Shown here: one piece after another, positions 47,696 through 56,261 of the stretch | Layout: each line of letters starts with the position of its first letter | Numbering within the stretch: position 1 is the stretch's first letter | NCBI GenBank assembly: GCA_938005475.1 | Contig: CALLNY010000005.1 | Coordinates: 5,684-69,683 of the forward strand | Length of the DNA stretch: 64,000 bases | Reading direction: 5' to 3' | Source of the DNA: an uncultured Bacteroidia bacterium | GTDB lineage: Bacteria; Bacteroidota; Bacteroidia; J057; CALLMJ01 | The notes under the pieces: generated by a model | The model's input: only the letters and a program-made list of their open reading frames with translations | Databases searched by the model: none | What the model was told of the DNA's origin: nothing | Position numbers and translations under genes: made by a program

Positions 47696-50600
47696 ATGAT
47701 AGATAAAACTATTTATGATAAATTGAACGAGTTCAGAAAAAGATATTACCTTAATCAGATTGTAAAAGGAGCTGTTTTTACTAGTTTAATATTTCTTGTT
47801 CTTTATGTTTTTTTTGTAACGTTTGAGGGTATTTTCTGGTTTAACTCACTTATTAGAACGACTTTCTTTCTTATATTAGTTGGACTACCTTCTTGGGTTT
47901 TTTATAAAACGCTTCTATTCCCTTTATTGAATTATTTTAATGTTGGAAAAACTTTATCTGATGAACAGGCGGCTCGAATCATCGGTGAGCATTTTCCAGA
48001 AATTTCAGATAAATTATTGAATTATATTCAACTATCTAATTCTAATCAAGCAAATGAAATTATAACACTTGCTATTGAACAAAAGAAATTTAATGTTTTA
48101 CCTTTTGATTTTAAAAAAGTTATAAATTTAAATATAAACTTACGTAAGGCTCGTTTTGTTTTAATTCCTATTCTTTTTTTATTTTTTCTTTTTTTACTTG
48201 CCCCTGAGGTAGTCACAAAAGGAACATACCGTTTAATAAATTTTTCTAAGCCATTTACTCCACCTCCTCCATTTCAAATTAAAGTTTTGAATTTGCCCAC
48301 AAAACTAATTGATAATGAAACCTATACCCTCAATATTGAAGTTGATGGAGAACAGTTGCCTAAAGAACTTTTCTTATATTATAAAGAAATTTATAATTCG
48401 GAATTCCAGCCTTTTATTCTAAAAAAAATATCAAAATCTAAATATCAATACTCTTTTTCTAATATCAACAACGATTTTGAGTTTTCTATTGGTAACGAGT
48501 TATATAAATCTCAGGTTTTTCATGTTGATGTTTTAAAGAGACCATATATCCAAGATTTTGAGATATCTATCAATTATCCTTCTTATACAGGTTTAAAACC
48601 TGAAAAACTAATCCCTAATGTTGGCGATATTTCAGTTTTAAAAGGATCTGTTGTTGAATGGAAGTTAAATGCTAAGGGCAATGTGAAAGAAGCTTTTTTA
48701 GAACTTAATCCTAGAGTCTATTTTAAAGATAATAAAGTAAGCCAACAAATTTTAACTTCACAGTCATATTTTATTCAATTGATTTCGCAAGAAAACTTAT
48801 CTAATTTAGATACGGTCAGATATCAAATACAAGTTATCGAAGATAAATATCCCGAGGTTCAGATTATATCGCCTAGTATGGATTATAACTTACCTAATAA
48901 TGGATTTTTGCCATTAGTTTATGACTTAAATGATGATTATGGTTTTACTACACTGTTACTAAATTATCGTTTTATTAAGTCAAACAATCCTAATAAAATT
49001 TCAAATCAATTTAAATCAAAGGTAATCAATAAACAGTTTAATGGTAATTTTTTAAGGTCTGAGATCAAATTAGATATGTTCGATATTAACATGGAACAAG
49101 GTGATGTTATTGAATATTCCTTAACTGTATTTGATAATGATGCTATTTCGGGTTTCAAGTCATCAACTTCGCAAGTATATAAGGTTAATTATTTGTCAGT
49201 TAATGAATTATACGAAAATAATGAAAAAGTTCAAGAAAAAATTGAAGAAAATTTAGATAATACTTTGAAAAACAATGAACACTTAAACGATAAGTTTGAT
49301 AAAATTCAAAAAAAGCTTATAGAGAATAAAAATTTAGACTATGAGCAAAAAAAAGAAATTCAAGAATTTGTAAAGAATCAACAAAAAATTTTTGAAAATA
49401 TACAGAATTTGAAGGAAGATTTAAATGAAATAAAACAAAACTCCCAAATGAATGAATTGTATAACGAAGAAACGCTTCAAAAAATGGACCAATTACAAAA
49501 TTTGATTAAAGAAATTGAAAATTCCGACCTTAAAAAGCAATTGGATGAATTGCTTAATAAATTGAATAAGAATGATGAGAATCGTTCAATCAAGCAACAA
49601 TTGGAACAAATTCAATATAAACAAGAAAATTTACAATACAATTTAGAACGTATTCAACAATTATACAAGCAATTAAAAGCATATCAAAAAGCTGACGAAA
49701 TTCAAAAGAAATTAGAAGATATTAAGCAACAACAAGAAACTTTAAATCAATTAACTAATGAAAAAAATAATAAAGAAGACTTTAAGAGAATTGCAGAAAA
49801 GGAGAAAGAAATTGAAAATAAGATTAATCAGCTCAAGGAGGATTTAAAAGAATTTGAAAAGTTAAGTAAGGAAGCTGGTAAAAGCATATCAGATAAAATG
49901 AATGATATTCAAAAAACACATCAGGAAATTTTAAGGGATTTACAAAAATCAATTGATCAATTAAATCAAAATCAGAAATTTAATGCTTCTCAAAGTCAGC
50001 ATAATGCTACTAAGAACATGGAAAAGATGCAACAACAAATTTCAGAAATGATGCAAGAAGAAGAATTTGAAGAAAATGCAGAAAATTATGAATCATTACG
50101 GAATTTATTAAAAAATCTTTTAAAGCTTTCATTTACTCAAGAAGAACTTCGTGATAAAACTAAAAAATTAAAATACAGTGATCCTCTTATAAAAAAATAT
50201 CTTGTAGAGCAGAAAAAACTACGTGATAACATGGAAATGGTAAAGGACTCTTTATACGAATTAGCTAAACGAGTTTTTCAAATAAAGAAATATGTTACTG
50301 ATGAAGTTAATATAATCAATCTTCATATGGATAATACTATCACTTATCTATCTAATTTTCAGATACCTAATGCGAATAATTCTCAGCATTATGTTATGAC
50401 AAGTTTGAATAATTTAGCAAATATGTTAACAGAATCTCTAGACCAAATGCAACAACAAATGAAATCTCAGCGAAATCAGAAAGGTGGAGGGGGTTCATGT
50501 AAAAGACCGGGAGGTAATAATTCATCTATGCAAGGATTAGCTAAACAGCAGTCTAAACTTAATCAAATGCTACAAGATATGATGAATCAAGGTGGTCAAG

Positions 50601-51028
50601 ATCCAGCTAAATTAGAACAGATGGCAAAAGAACAAGAGGCTATTAGGTTAGGTTTAAAGGAAATGTATGATAAGATTTCCAAAGAAATAGGAGAGAAAGG
50701 AGGACTAGGCAACATATCTAAAATAATTCAAGATATGGAAGAGACTGAAAAAGAATTATTGAACAAGCAGTTAACTGCTGAATTATTAAAACGTCAACAA
50801 CAGATTCTTTCAAGAATGTTAGATTATGATAAATCTATACGTCAAAGAGATTTAGACAACAAACGTGAATCTAAAACGGGTAGCGATATTTATAGAAATT
50901 TTCCTAGTAATCAATTAGATGTCAATCCCATGATTTTTATAAATCATGAAAATTTAAGTCGTACTAAATATAATTACACCAAACCATTTCAGTTAATGAT
51001 AGATGATTATTTTAATAAGATAAAATAA
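47696..51028 (+). CDS. DUF4175-like membrane-anchored protein with Ig-like and very long coiled-coil region
   Basis: Three N-terminal TM segments, beta-rich middle (DDYGF, DNDAISGFK), Q/E/K-rich coiled coil, C-terminal RQQQILSRMLD. Confidence 0.75.
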   Translation: MIDKTIYDKLNEFRKRYYLNQIVKGAVFTSLIFLVLYVFFVTFEGIFWFNSLIRTTFFLILVGLPSWVFYKTLLFPLLNYFNVGKTLSDEQAARIIGEHFPEISDKLLNYIQLSNSNQANEIITLAIEQKKFNVLPFDFKKVINLNINLRKARFVLIPILFLFFLFLLAPEVVTKGTYRLINFSKPFTPPPPFQIKVLNLPTKLIDNETYTLNIEVDGEQLPKELFLYYKEIYNSEFQPFILKKISKSKYQYSFSNINNDFEFSIGNELYKSQVFHVDVLKRPYIQDFEISINYPSYTGLKPEKLIPNVGDISVLKGSVVEWKLNAKGNVKEAFLELNPRVYFKDNKVSQQILTSQSYFIQLISQENLSNLDTVRYQIQVIEDKYPEVQIISPSMDYNLPNNGFLPLVYDLNDDYGFTTLLLNYRFIKSNNPNKISNQFKSKVINKQFNGNFLRSEIKLDMFDINMEQGDVIEYSLTVFDNDAISGFKSSTSQVYKVNYLSVNELYENNEKVQEKIEENLDNTLKNNEHLNDKFDKIQKKLIENKNLDYEQKKEIQEFVKNQQKIFENIQNLKEDLNEIKQNSQMNELYNEETLQKMDQLQNLIKEIENSDLKKQLDELLNKLNKNDENRSIKQQLEQIQYKQENLQYNLERIQQLYKQLKAYQKADEIQKKLEDIKQQQETLNQLTNEKNNKEDFKRIAEKEKEIENKINQLKEDLKEFEKLSKEAGKSISDKMNDIQKTHQEILRDLQKSIDQLNQNQKFNASQSQHNATKNMEKMQQQISEMMQEEEFEENAENYESLRNLLKNLLKLSFTQEELRDKTKKLKYSDPLIKKYLVEQKKLRDNMEMVKDSLYELAKRVFQIKKYVTDEVNIINLHMDNTITYLSNFQIPNANNSQHYVMTSLNNLANMLTESLDQMQQQMKSQRNQKGGGGSCKRPGGNNSSMQGLAKQQSKLNQMLQDMMNQGGQDPAKLEQMAKEQEAIRLGLKEMYDKISKEIGEKGGLGNISKIIQDMEETEKELLNKQLTAELLKRQQQILSRMLDYDKSIRQRDLDNKRESKTGSDIYRNFPSNQLDVNPMIFINHENLSRTKYNYTKPFQLMIDDYFNKIK

Positions 51029-51032
51029 TATT

Positions 51033-51449
51033 ATGCTAACTATAAGTAATTATTTCCAAGAAATTAATATTCCTTCTGATATAAATGAGTTGTTTAGCGT
51101 TGAAGTTTTTTTAGAGCGAATAAAGGATGATTTAAATTTATCAGAAAATATATTTGCTAATATTATAATTAGTGTAACAGAGGCTGTTAATAATGCAATT
51201 ATTCATGGTAATAAGAATGATATAACTAAGAAGGTTACAATAACTGCTAAGTTGAGTGATGCACATACTTTATCGATTTTTGTTAAAGATAATGGTGATG
51301 GTTTTGATATAAATTCTTTAAAAGATCCTACTTTAATAGAGAATATTTTTTATGAGAGTGGTAGAGGTGTTTTTGTCATGAAGCATTTATCTGATGATAT
51401 GTTGTATCATGATAATGGTTCTTTATTGGAATTAAAATTCAAGTTATGA
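51033..51449 (+). CDS. RsbW-like HATPase (anti-sigma / Ser-Thr kinase fold)
   Basis: SVTEAVNNAIIHGN, VKDNGDGFD, DPT..EN..ESGRGVFVMKHLSD. Confidence 0.88.
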   Translation: MLTISNYFQEINIPSDINELFSVEVFLERIKDDLNLSENIFANIIISVTEAVNNAIIHGNKNDITKKVTITAKLSDAHTLSIFVKDNGDGFDINSLKDPTLIENIFYESGRGVFVMKHLSDDMLYHDNGSLLELKFKL

Positions 51450-51898
51450 TTTCATATAGTTATACCCAAAAGCCTTTTTTTCTAAGCAATAATTTTAAGA
51501 AAATATTTAAAAATGTTGTTAACAAGCTATGTAGTGATTATAATTTTCGTTTGAAAAGGATACATTATCATTTTTGTGATGATGAATACTTATTAAAAAT
51601 GAATTATGAGGTATTAAACCATGATTATTATACTGATATAATCACATTTGATTATACAACTGAAAATAAGTTAGAAGCAGAGATGTTTATTAGTTTAGAT
51701 AGAGTTACGGAAAATTCTGTCATTTATAATCAAACTTTTTTGGATGAATTAGTCAGAGTCATGATACATGGTCTTTTGCATTGCATTGGTTTTGGTGATA
51801 GTACCGATGTAGAAAAAAATGAAATACGCAAATTAGAGGATAATTATTTAAATTTTTTTAATTTGTATAATGTTCCACGTGGAACGTTATATTTATAA
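51446..51898 (+). CDS. ybeY: rRNA maturation endoribonuclease YbeY
   Basis: LNHDYYTDIITF, ISLDRV, RVMIHGLLHCIG. Confidence 0.92.
   Translation: MISYSYTQKPFFLSNNFKKIFKNVVNKLCSDYNFRLKRIHYHFCDDEYLLKMNYEVLNHDYYTDIITFDYTTENKLEAEMFISLDRVTENSVIYNQTFLDELVRVMIHGLLHCIGFGDSTDVEKNEIRKLEDNYLNFFNLYNVPRGTLYL
51871..51886. promoter_or_regulatory. parS: parS centromere-like site 1 (inside ybeY 3' end)
   Basis: TGTTCCACGTGGAACG: perfect 14-bp palindrome GTTCCACGTGGAAC matching the universal parS consensus. Confidence 0.9.
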
Positions 51899-51908
51899 TT
51901 TATTTTTA

Positions 51909-51924
51909 TGTTCCACGTGGAACT
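51909..51924. promoter_or_regulatory. parS: parS centromere-like site 2 (ybeY-mnmG gap)
   Basis: TGTTCCACGTGGAACT, same palindromic core, 38 bp from site 1. Confidence 0.9.
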
Positions 51925-51952
51925 GTTATGATAGATAAAAATAAAAAAGGAT

Positions 51953-53824
51953 ATGCAAGAAATTTATGATGTTATAGTAGTTGGTGCAGGGCATGCGGGT
52001 TGTGAAGCCGCAGCTGCCGCCGCAAATATGGATTGTAAAGTTTTATTGATAACCATGAACATGACCACTATTGCTCAGATGTCTTGTAATCCTGCTATGG
52101 GTGGAGTAGGAAAAGGTCAAATCATTAGAGAAATTGATGCATTAGGTGGCTATTCTGGAATAGTGTCCGATAAAACTGCTCTTCAATTTAGAATGCTTAA
52201 TAAATCCAAAGGTCCAGCTATGTGGAGCCCCAGAACTCAAAATGATAGACTGAAGTTCTCCGAAGAATGGCGATATATACTTGAAAATATTCCTAATTTG
52301 GACTTCTGGCAAGATATGGTACCTAAAATTATTGTAAAAAATAAAACTGCTAAAGGTGTAGTTACCGCTATGGGAAAAGAATTCTATTCAAAAACTGTTA
52401 TTTTAACTAATGGTACCTTCTTAAATGGTATTATTCATATCGGTGATAAACAATTCTCTGGTGGTCGATCAGGAGAAAGAGCCGCAAAAGGGCTTACAGA
52501 ACAATTAAATGAACTTGGATTTGAATCCGGTAGAATGAAAACAGGCACGCCCCCAAGAATTGATGGAAGAACTATCAATTACTCTCAAACCGAAATTCAA
52601 GAAGGTGATAAACCTAAAAAAACATTCTCCTTTAATATTGATTACTATGATTTAGAAATGAAACAATTACCTTGCTATATTACCTATACTAATCCCAAAG
52701 TTCATGAAATCTTAAAAAAAGGATTTAATAAATCTCCCCTTCTTACTGGCAAAATTAAAGGAGTAGGACCAAGATATTGCCCATCTATTGAGGACAAAAT
52801 CGTTCGTTTTGAAGAAAGAGATAGACATCAACTTTTTATTGAACCTGAAGGATGGAAAACCCATGAAATTTACTTGAACGGATTCTCTTCTTCCCTACCC
52901 GAAGAAATACAATATGAAGCCTTAAGACATATACCCGGACTTGAAAACGCTAAAATGTTTAGACCAGGTTATGCTATTGAATATGACTTTTTCCCTCCTT
53001 ATCAATTAGAACTAACCCTAGAAACCAAATTGATTAGAAATTTATTTTTTGCAGGACAAATTAACGGTACCACTGGATATGAAGAAGCCGCTGCACAAGG
53101 TATTATGGCTGGAATAAATGCCGCATTACGTGTAAAAGACTCTGAACCCCTGATTCTTAGAAGAGACCAAGCTTATATCGGTGTACTCATTGACGATCTT
53201 GTTACTAAAGGTACTGATGAACCTTACCGTATGTTTACTTCTCGTGCTGAATATAGAATCCTTTTAAGACAAGATAACGCCGATAGACGCCTTACTGAAA
53301 TTGGTTACAAAATTGGGCTCGCCTCTGAAGAAAGATATCAAAATTTAAAGAAAAAAGAAAAAGAAATCAATGAAATTATTCAACTTTTAGATAGTGTAAT
53401 GGTTGAACCTGAAAGTGCTAATGAAATTTTGGAATTTAAAGGTGAACAACCTATTCAAACTAAACAAAAAGCTTCACACCTTTTACTTAGACCTAATATT
53501 AATATGGAATACCTGCGTTTTATGGACTCCAAACGCATCTCCTATCCCTTAGTTTATTATTCTATTGAAGCAATTAAAGCCGCTGAAATTGAAATAAAAT
53601 ATAGAGGTTATATTGAAAAAGAACTTCAATTAGTAGAAAAAATGAAAAAATTAGAAAATATAACTTTGCCTGAAAATTTGAAATATGAAAATTGTCATGG
53701 CCTTTCTAATGAAGCAAAACAAAAATTATCAAAAGTAAAACCCAAAACTATTGGACAAGCTTCTCGTATTAGCGGTGTTACTCCTGCTGATATATCTGCA
53801 TTGCTAATCTTCATTGGTCGTTAA
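51953..53824 (+). CDS. mnmG: tRNA uridine-5-carboxymethylaminomethyl modification enzyme GidA
   Basis: VVGAGHAGCEAA, MSCNPAMGG, RMLNKSKGPA, KTGTPPRID, GPRYCPSIEDK, GQINGTTGYEEAAAQG. Confidence 0.98.
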   Translation: MQEIYDVIVVGAGHAGCEAAAAAANMDCKVLLITMNMTTIAQMSCNPAMGGVGKGQIIREIDALGGYSGIVSDKTALQFRMLNKSKGPAMWSPRTQNDRLKFSEEWRYILENIPNLDFWQDMVPKIIVKNKTAKGVVTAMGKEFYSKTVILTNGTFLNGIIHIGDKQFSGGRSGERAAKGLTEQLNELGFESGRMKTGTPPRIDGRTINYSQTEIQEGDKPKKTFSFNIDYYDLEMKQLPCYITYTNPKVHEILKKGFNKSPLLTGKIKGVGPRYCPSIEDKIVRFEERDRHQLFIEPEGWKTHEIYLNGFSSSLPEEIQYEALRHIPGLENAKMFRPGYAIEYDFFPPYQLELTLETKLIRNLFFAGQINGTTGYEEAAAQGIMAGINAALRVKDSEPLILRRDQAYIGVLIDDLVTKGTDEPYRMFTSRAEYRILLRQDNADRRLTEIGYKIGLASEERYQNLKKKEKEINEIIQLLDSVMVEPESANEILEFKGEQPIQTKQKASHLLLRPNINMEYLRFMDSKRISYPLVYYSIEAIKAAEIEIKYRGYIEKELQLVEKMKKLENITLPENLKYENCHGLSNEAKQKLSKVKPKTIGQASRISGVTPADISALLIFIGR

Positions 53825-55392
53825 TGTCTTTCTTTTATATAGTATTTTTTCTGTTTTTGTTCAGTTGTGCATCTATACATTACCCCGAAGGAGGACCTAA
53901 AGATGGAGAACCTCCTGTAATCACTTTTATATCCCCTAATCTCCCCAAAACGCAATTTAATCAAAAAAAAATTGAAATAAAATTCAATGAATACCTAAAA
54001 AACGAAGATTATACAAAAGAAATTTTATTCTCTCCGCTCTTGAAATCACCTCCAAAAGTATTAACATATGCCAAAAAAATTAAAGTTATATTACCCCATG
54101 ACCTAGAAAATGATTGTACCTACTTGTTAACTATCGGTAAAAACATAAAAGATTTTCATGAAGGAAATACGCTTCAAGTTATGCAACAATTCCCATTTAC
54201 AAAATCTTCTCAATTTGATACCTGTGCAATACGTGGTGAATTACTAAAAACTCACCCCAAAATGAAATTAGATAATTATCTCGTTTTTTTATATCACTAT
54301 GATAGTGTGCCTGATAATAACTTTCTTAACAAGACTCCAATTTATTTCGGGCTAATTGATAACAATCAATTTAAAATTGAATATGTTAAATCAGGAAAAT
54401 ATAAAATTCTTGCTCTACAAGATAAAAACAATGATTATAAGTGGAATGATAATGAAAACGTCGGAATTGATGAAGATTTAACAGTAGACTTTACGAAAAA
54501 TACTAAAATAGAAATGGATTTATTCTGCTTTCCTTATGATATAAAACCACCGAAAATCAGTAAAGCATCTTGGAAAGACAGCCTAACTTTTGTCATAGAT
54601 TTTAATGAGCCAATTATTAATGACTCTTTAAAAATCTTATTATCAACAAATTATAAAGCCATAAGTTCAGATAAAAAAGCAGAAATATGCTTTGCAAACT
54701 TTGTGAAAGATAGTATTTCTATACAACTTATAAATCTTTTAGATACCCTTGGCAATAAAACAGATACTACTTTTACTATAGTATTGAATAAGACAAACTC
54801 TTCACCTAAAAAATTTCAATTACATCAACCTGAAATTTTTCCTGATTATTGGCTTATAAAAGCAAATGCTTGTTTAGATGAAAAGGAAATTCATAAAATA
54901 CAAATATTGGATACCTTAAATCATATTATGCACTTACCAATTAAAATTCAAAATAACTACATTAAAATACATGTCAATGAAAAGTTAGATACAGCTCAAA
55001 TTTATACTATCCAAATTGATAGCACTTTTTTATCATTTCAATCTAGTAAATTAGATTCTACAGTGCAGTTCAAAGTAAAACCAATAAATAAAGAAAATTA
55101 CTATTGCTACTTAAAAATAGATGTAGATTGTGATTATGAAAGTTTTCTAGGAGTATTAAAAAACATTACTACACAAGAAAAGATAATATTTACTAATAAA
55201 ATTGCTGAATTTGGAGAATTAAAGCCTGGTAAATATCAAATCATAATTATTAACGATTTGGATAACAACGGTTTGTGGTCAACGGGTGATTTAAAAAATT
55301 TAAAATTACCTGAAGATATTTATATTTTTCCACAAGAATTAGAACTTAAACCTAAAATGAAAATTGAAAATCTAAAAATTAATGTTGATTAA
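53824..55392 (+). CDS. Ig-like (Big_5) domain lipoprotein
   Basis: Lipobox LFSC, then A..PEGGPKDGEPP, IKFNEY, GKYKILALQDKNNDYK, DLDNNGLWSTGD. Confidence 0.85.
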   Translation: MSFFYIVFFLFLFSCASIHYPEGGPKDGEPPVITFISPNLPKTQFNQKKIEIKFNEYLKNEDYTKEILFSPLLKSPPKVLTYAKKIKVILPHDLENDCTYLLTIGKNIKDFHEGNTLQVMQQFPFTKSSQFDTCAIRGELLKTHPKMKLDNYLVFLYHYDSVPDNNFLNKTPIYFGLIDNNQFKIEYVKSGKYKILALQDKNNDYKWNDNENVGIDEDLTVDFTKNTKIEMDLFCFPYDIKPPKISKASWKDSLTFVIDFNEPIINDSLKILLSTNYKAISSDKKAEICFANFVKDSISIQLINLLDTLGNKTDTTFTIVLNKTNSSPKKFQLHQPEIFPDYWLIKANACLDEKEIHKIQILDTLNHIMHLPIKIQNNYIKIHVNEKLDTAQIYTIQIDSTFLSFQSSKLDSTVQFKVKPINKENYYCYLKIDVDCDYESFLGVLKNITTQEKIIFTNKIAEFGELKPGKYQIIIINDLDNNGLWSTGDLKNLKLPEDIYIFPQELELKPKMKIENLKINVD

Positions 55393-55438
55393 ATATAAAC
55401 ATTAACATTATAGATTAATACTTTCCTTTATTTCTTTC

Positions 55439-55446
55439 TAATTTTG
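55439..55446 (+). promoter_or_regulatory. -7 promoter element
   Basis: TAATTTTG 8 nt before the mqnD ATG. Confidence 0.65.
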
Positions 55447-55454
55447 CAAGCATT

Positions 55455-56246
55455 ATGCGCAAAATACGTTTACTAATAAGTCCATGTCCTAATGATACTT
55501 ATATTTTTTATGCATTGATAAATCAAAAAATAGATACTCACGGATATAATTTTATACCCGAATTTTACGACATCAAAGAATTAAATGAAAAGGCAAAACA
55601 AGGATATGGAGATGTGATTAAAGTTTCTTTTTATGCATATTCAAAGTTAAAAAATCATTATTATTTATTGCGAACGGGGGGGGCAATAGGCAGAGGTTGT
55701 GGTCCTTTATTGGTGACCATAATAGGTAAAACCATAACTTCACAATCAATAATTGCTATTCCTGGAATAGATACCACAGCTCATTTCCTTTTACAATTTT
55801 ATTTACCTGAACATAATAAAAAAAAAGTACTTTTATTTCATGAAATTATGCCTGCAGTAGCAAAAGGTGAAGTAGATGCAGGAGTTATTATCCATGAAAG
55901 TCGTTTTACCTATAAAGATTACGGTTTGCAATGTATCCAAGATTTAGGCGCTTACTGGGAAGAAAAAACAGGTTGTCCAATTCCATTAGGCGGTATTATC
56001 GCCTCAAAAAATCTATTTTCTTTAAATCAAATCATTGAAATAGAAAATCTTATTCAAGAAAGTATCTTGTATGCACAACAACATGAAGACGAAGTTTTGA
56101 AGTATTGTCAGAATTACGCGCAAGAAATGGATAAAGAAGTAATGCTTGCCCATATCCAATTGTATGTCAATGATTTTAGTTTAGAATTAGGCAAAGAAGG
56201 AAACCATGCCCTACAAATGATGGAAAAAATTATCCAAAATCAGTAG
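55455..56246 (+). CDS. mqnD: 1,4-dihydroxy-6-naphthoate synthase (futalosine pathway)
   Basis: SPCPNDTYIFYAL, DIKELN, GGAIGRGCGPL, IAIPG..TTA, GVIIHESRFTY, DLGAYWE..PIPLGG, HIQLYVN. Confidence 0.93.
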   Translation: MRKIRLLISPCPNDTYIFYALINQKIDTHGYNFIPEFYDIKELNEKAKQGYGDVIKVSFYAYSKLKNHYYLLRTGGAIGRGCGPLLVTIIGKTITSQSIIAIPGIDTTAHFLLQFYLPEHNKKKVLLFHEIMPAVAKGEVDAGVIIHESRFTYKDYGLQCIQDLGAYWEEKTGCPIPLGGIIASKNLFSLNQIIEIENLIQESILYAQQHEDEVLKYCQNYAQEMDKEVMLAHIQLYVNDFSLELGKEGNHALQMMEKIIQNQ

Positions 56247-56261
56247 TATTTTTATAACTTA

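Noticed and set aside
51770-51810. YbeY motif HGLLHCIGFGD lacks the third His of the canonical H3xH5xH
   Set aside because: As far as I know this variant is usual in Bacteroidota YbeY, so it is not evidence of inactivation.
51899-51952. ybeY-mnmG gap as an alternative oriC
   Set aside because: Only 54 bp, with parS but no DnaA boxes or unwinding element.
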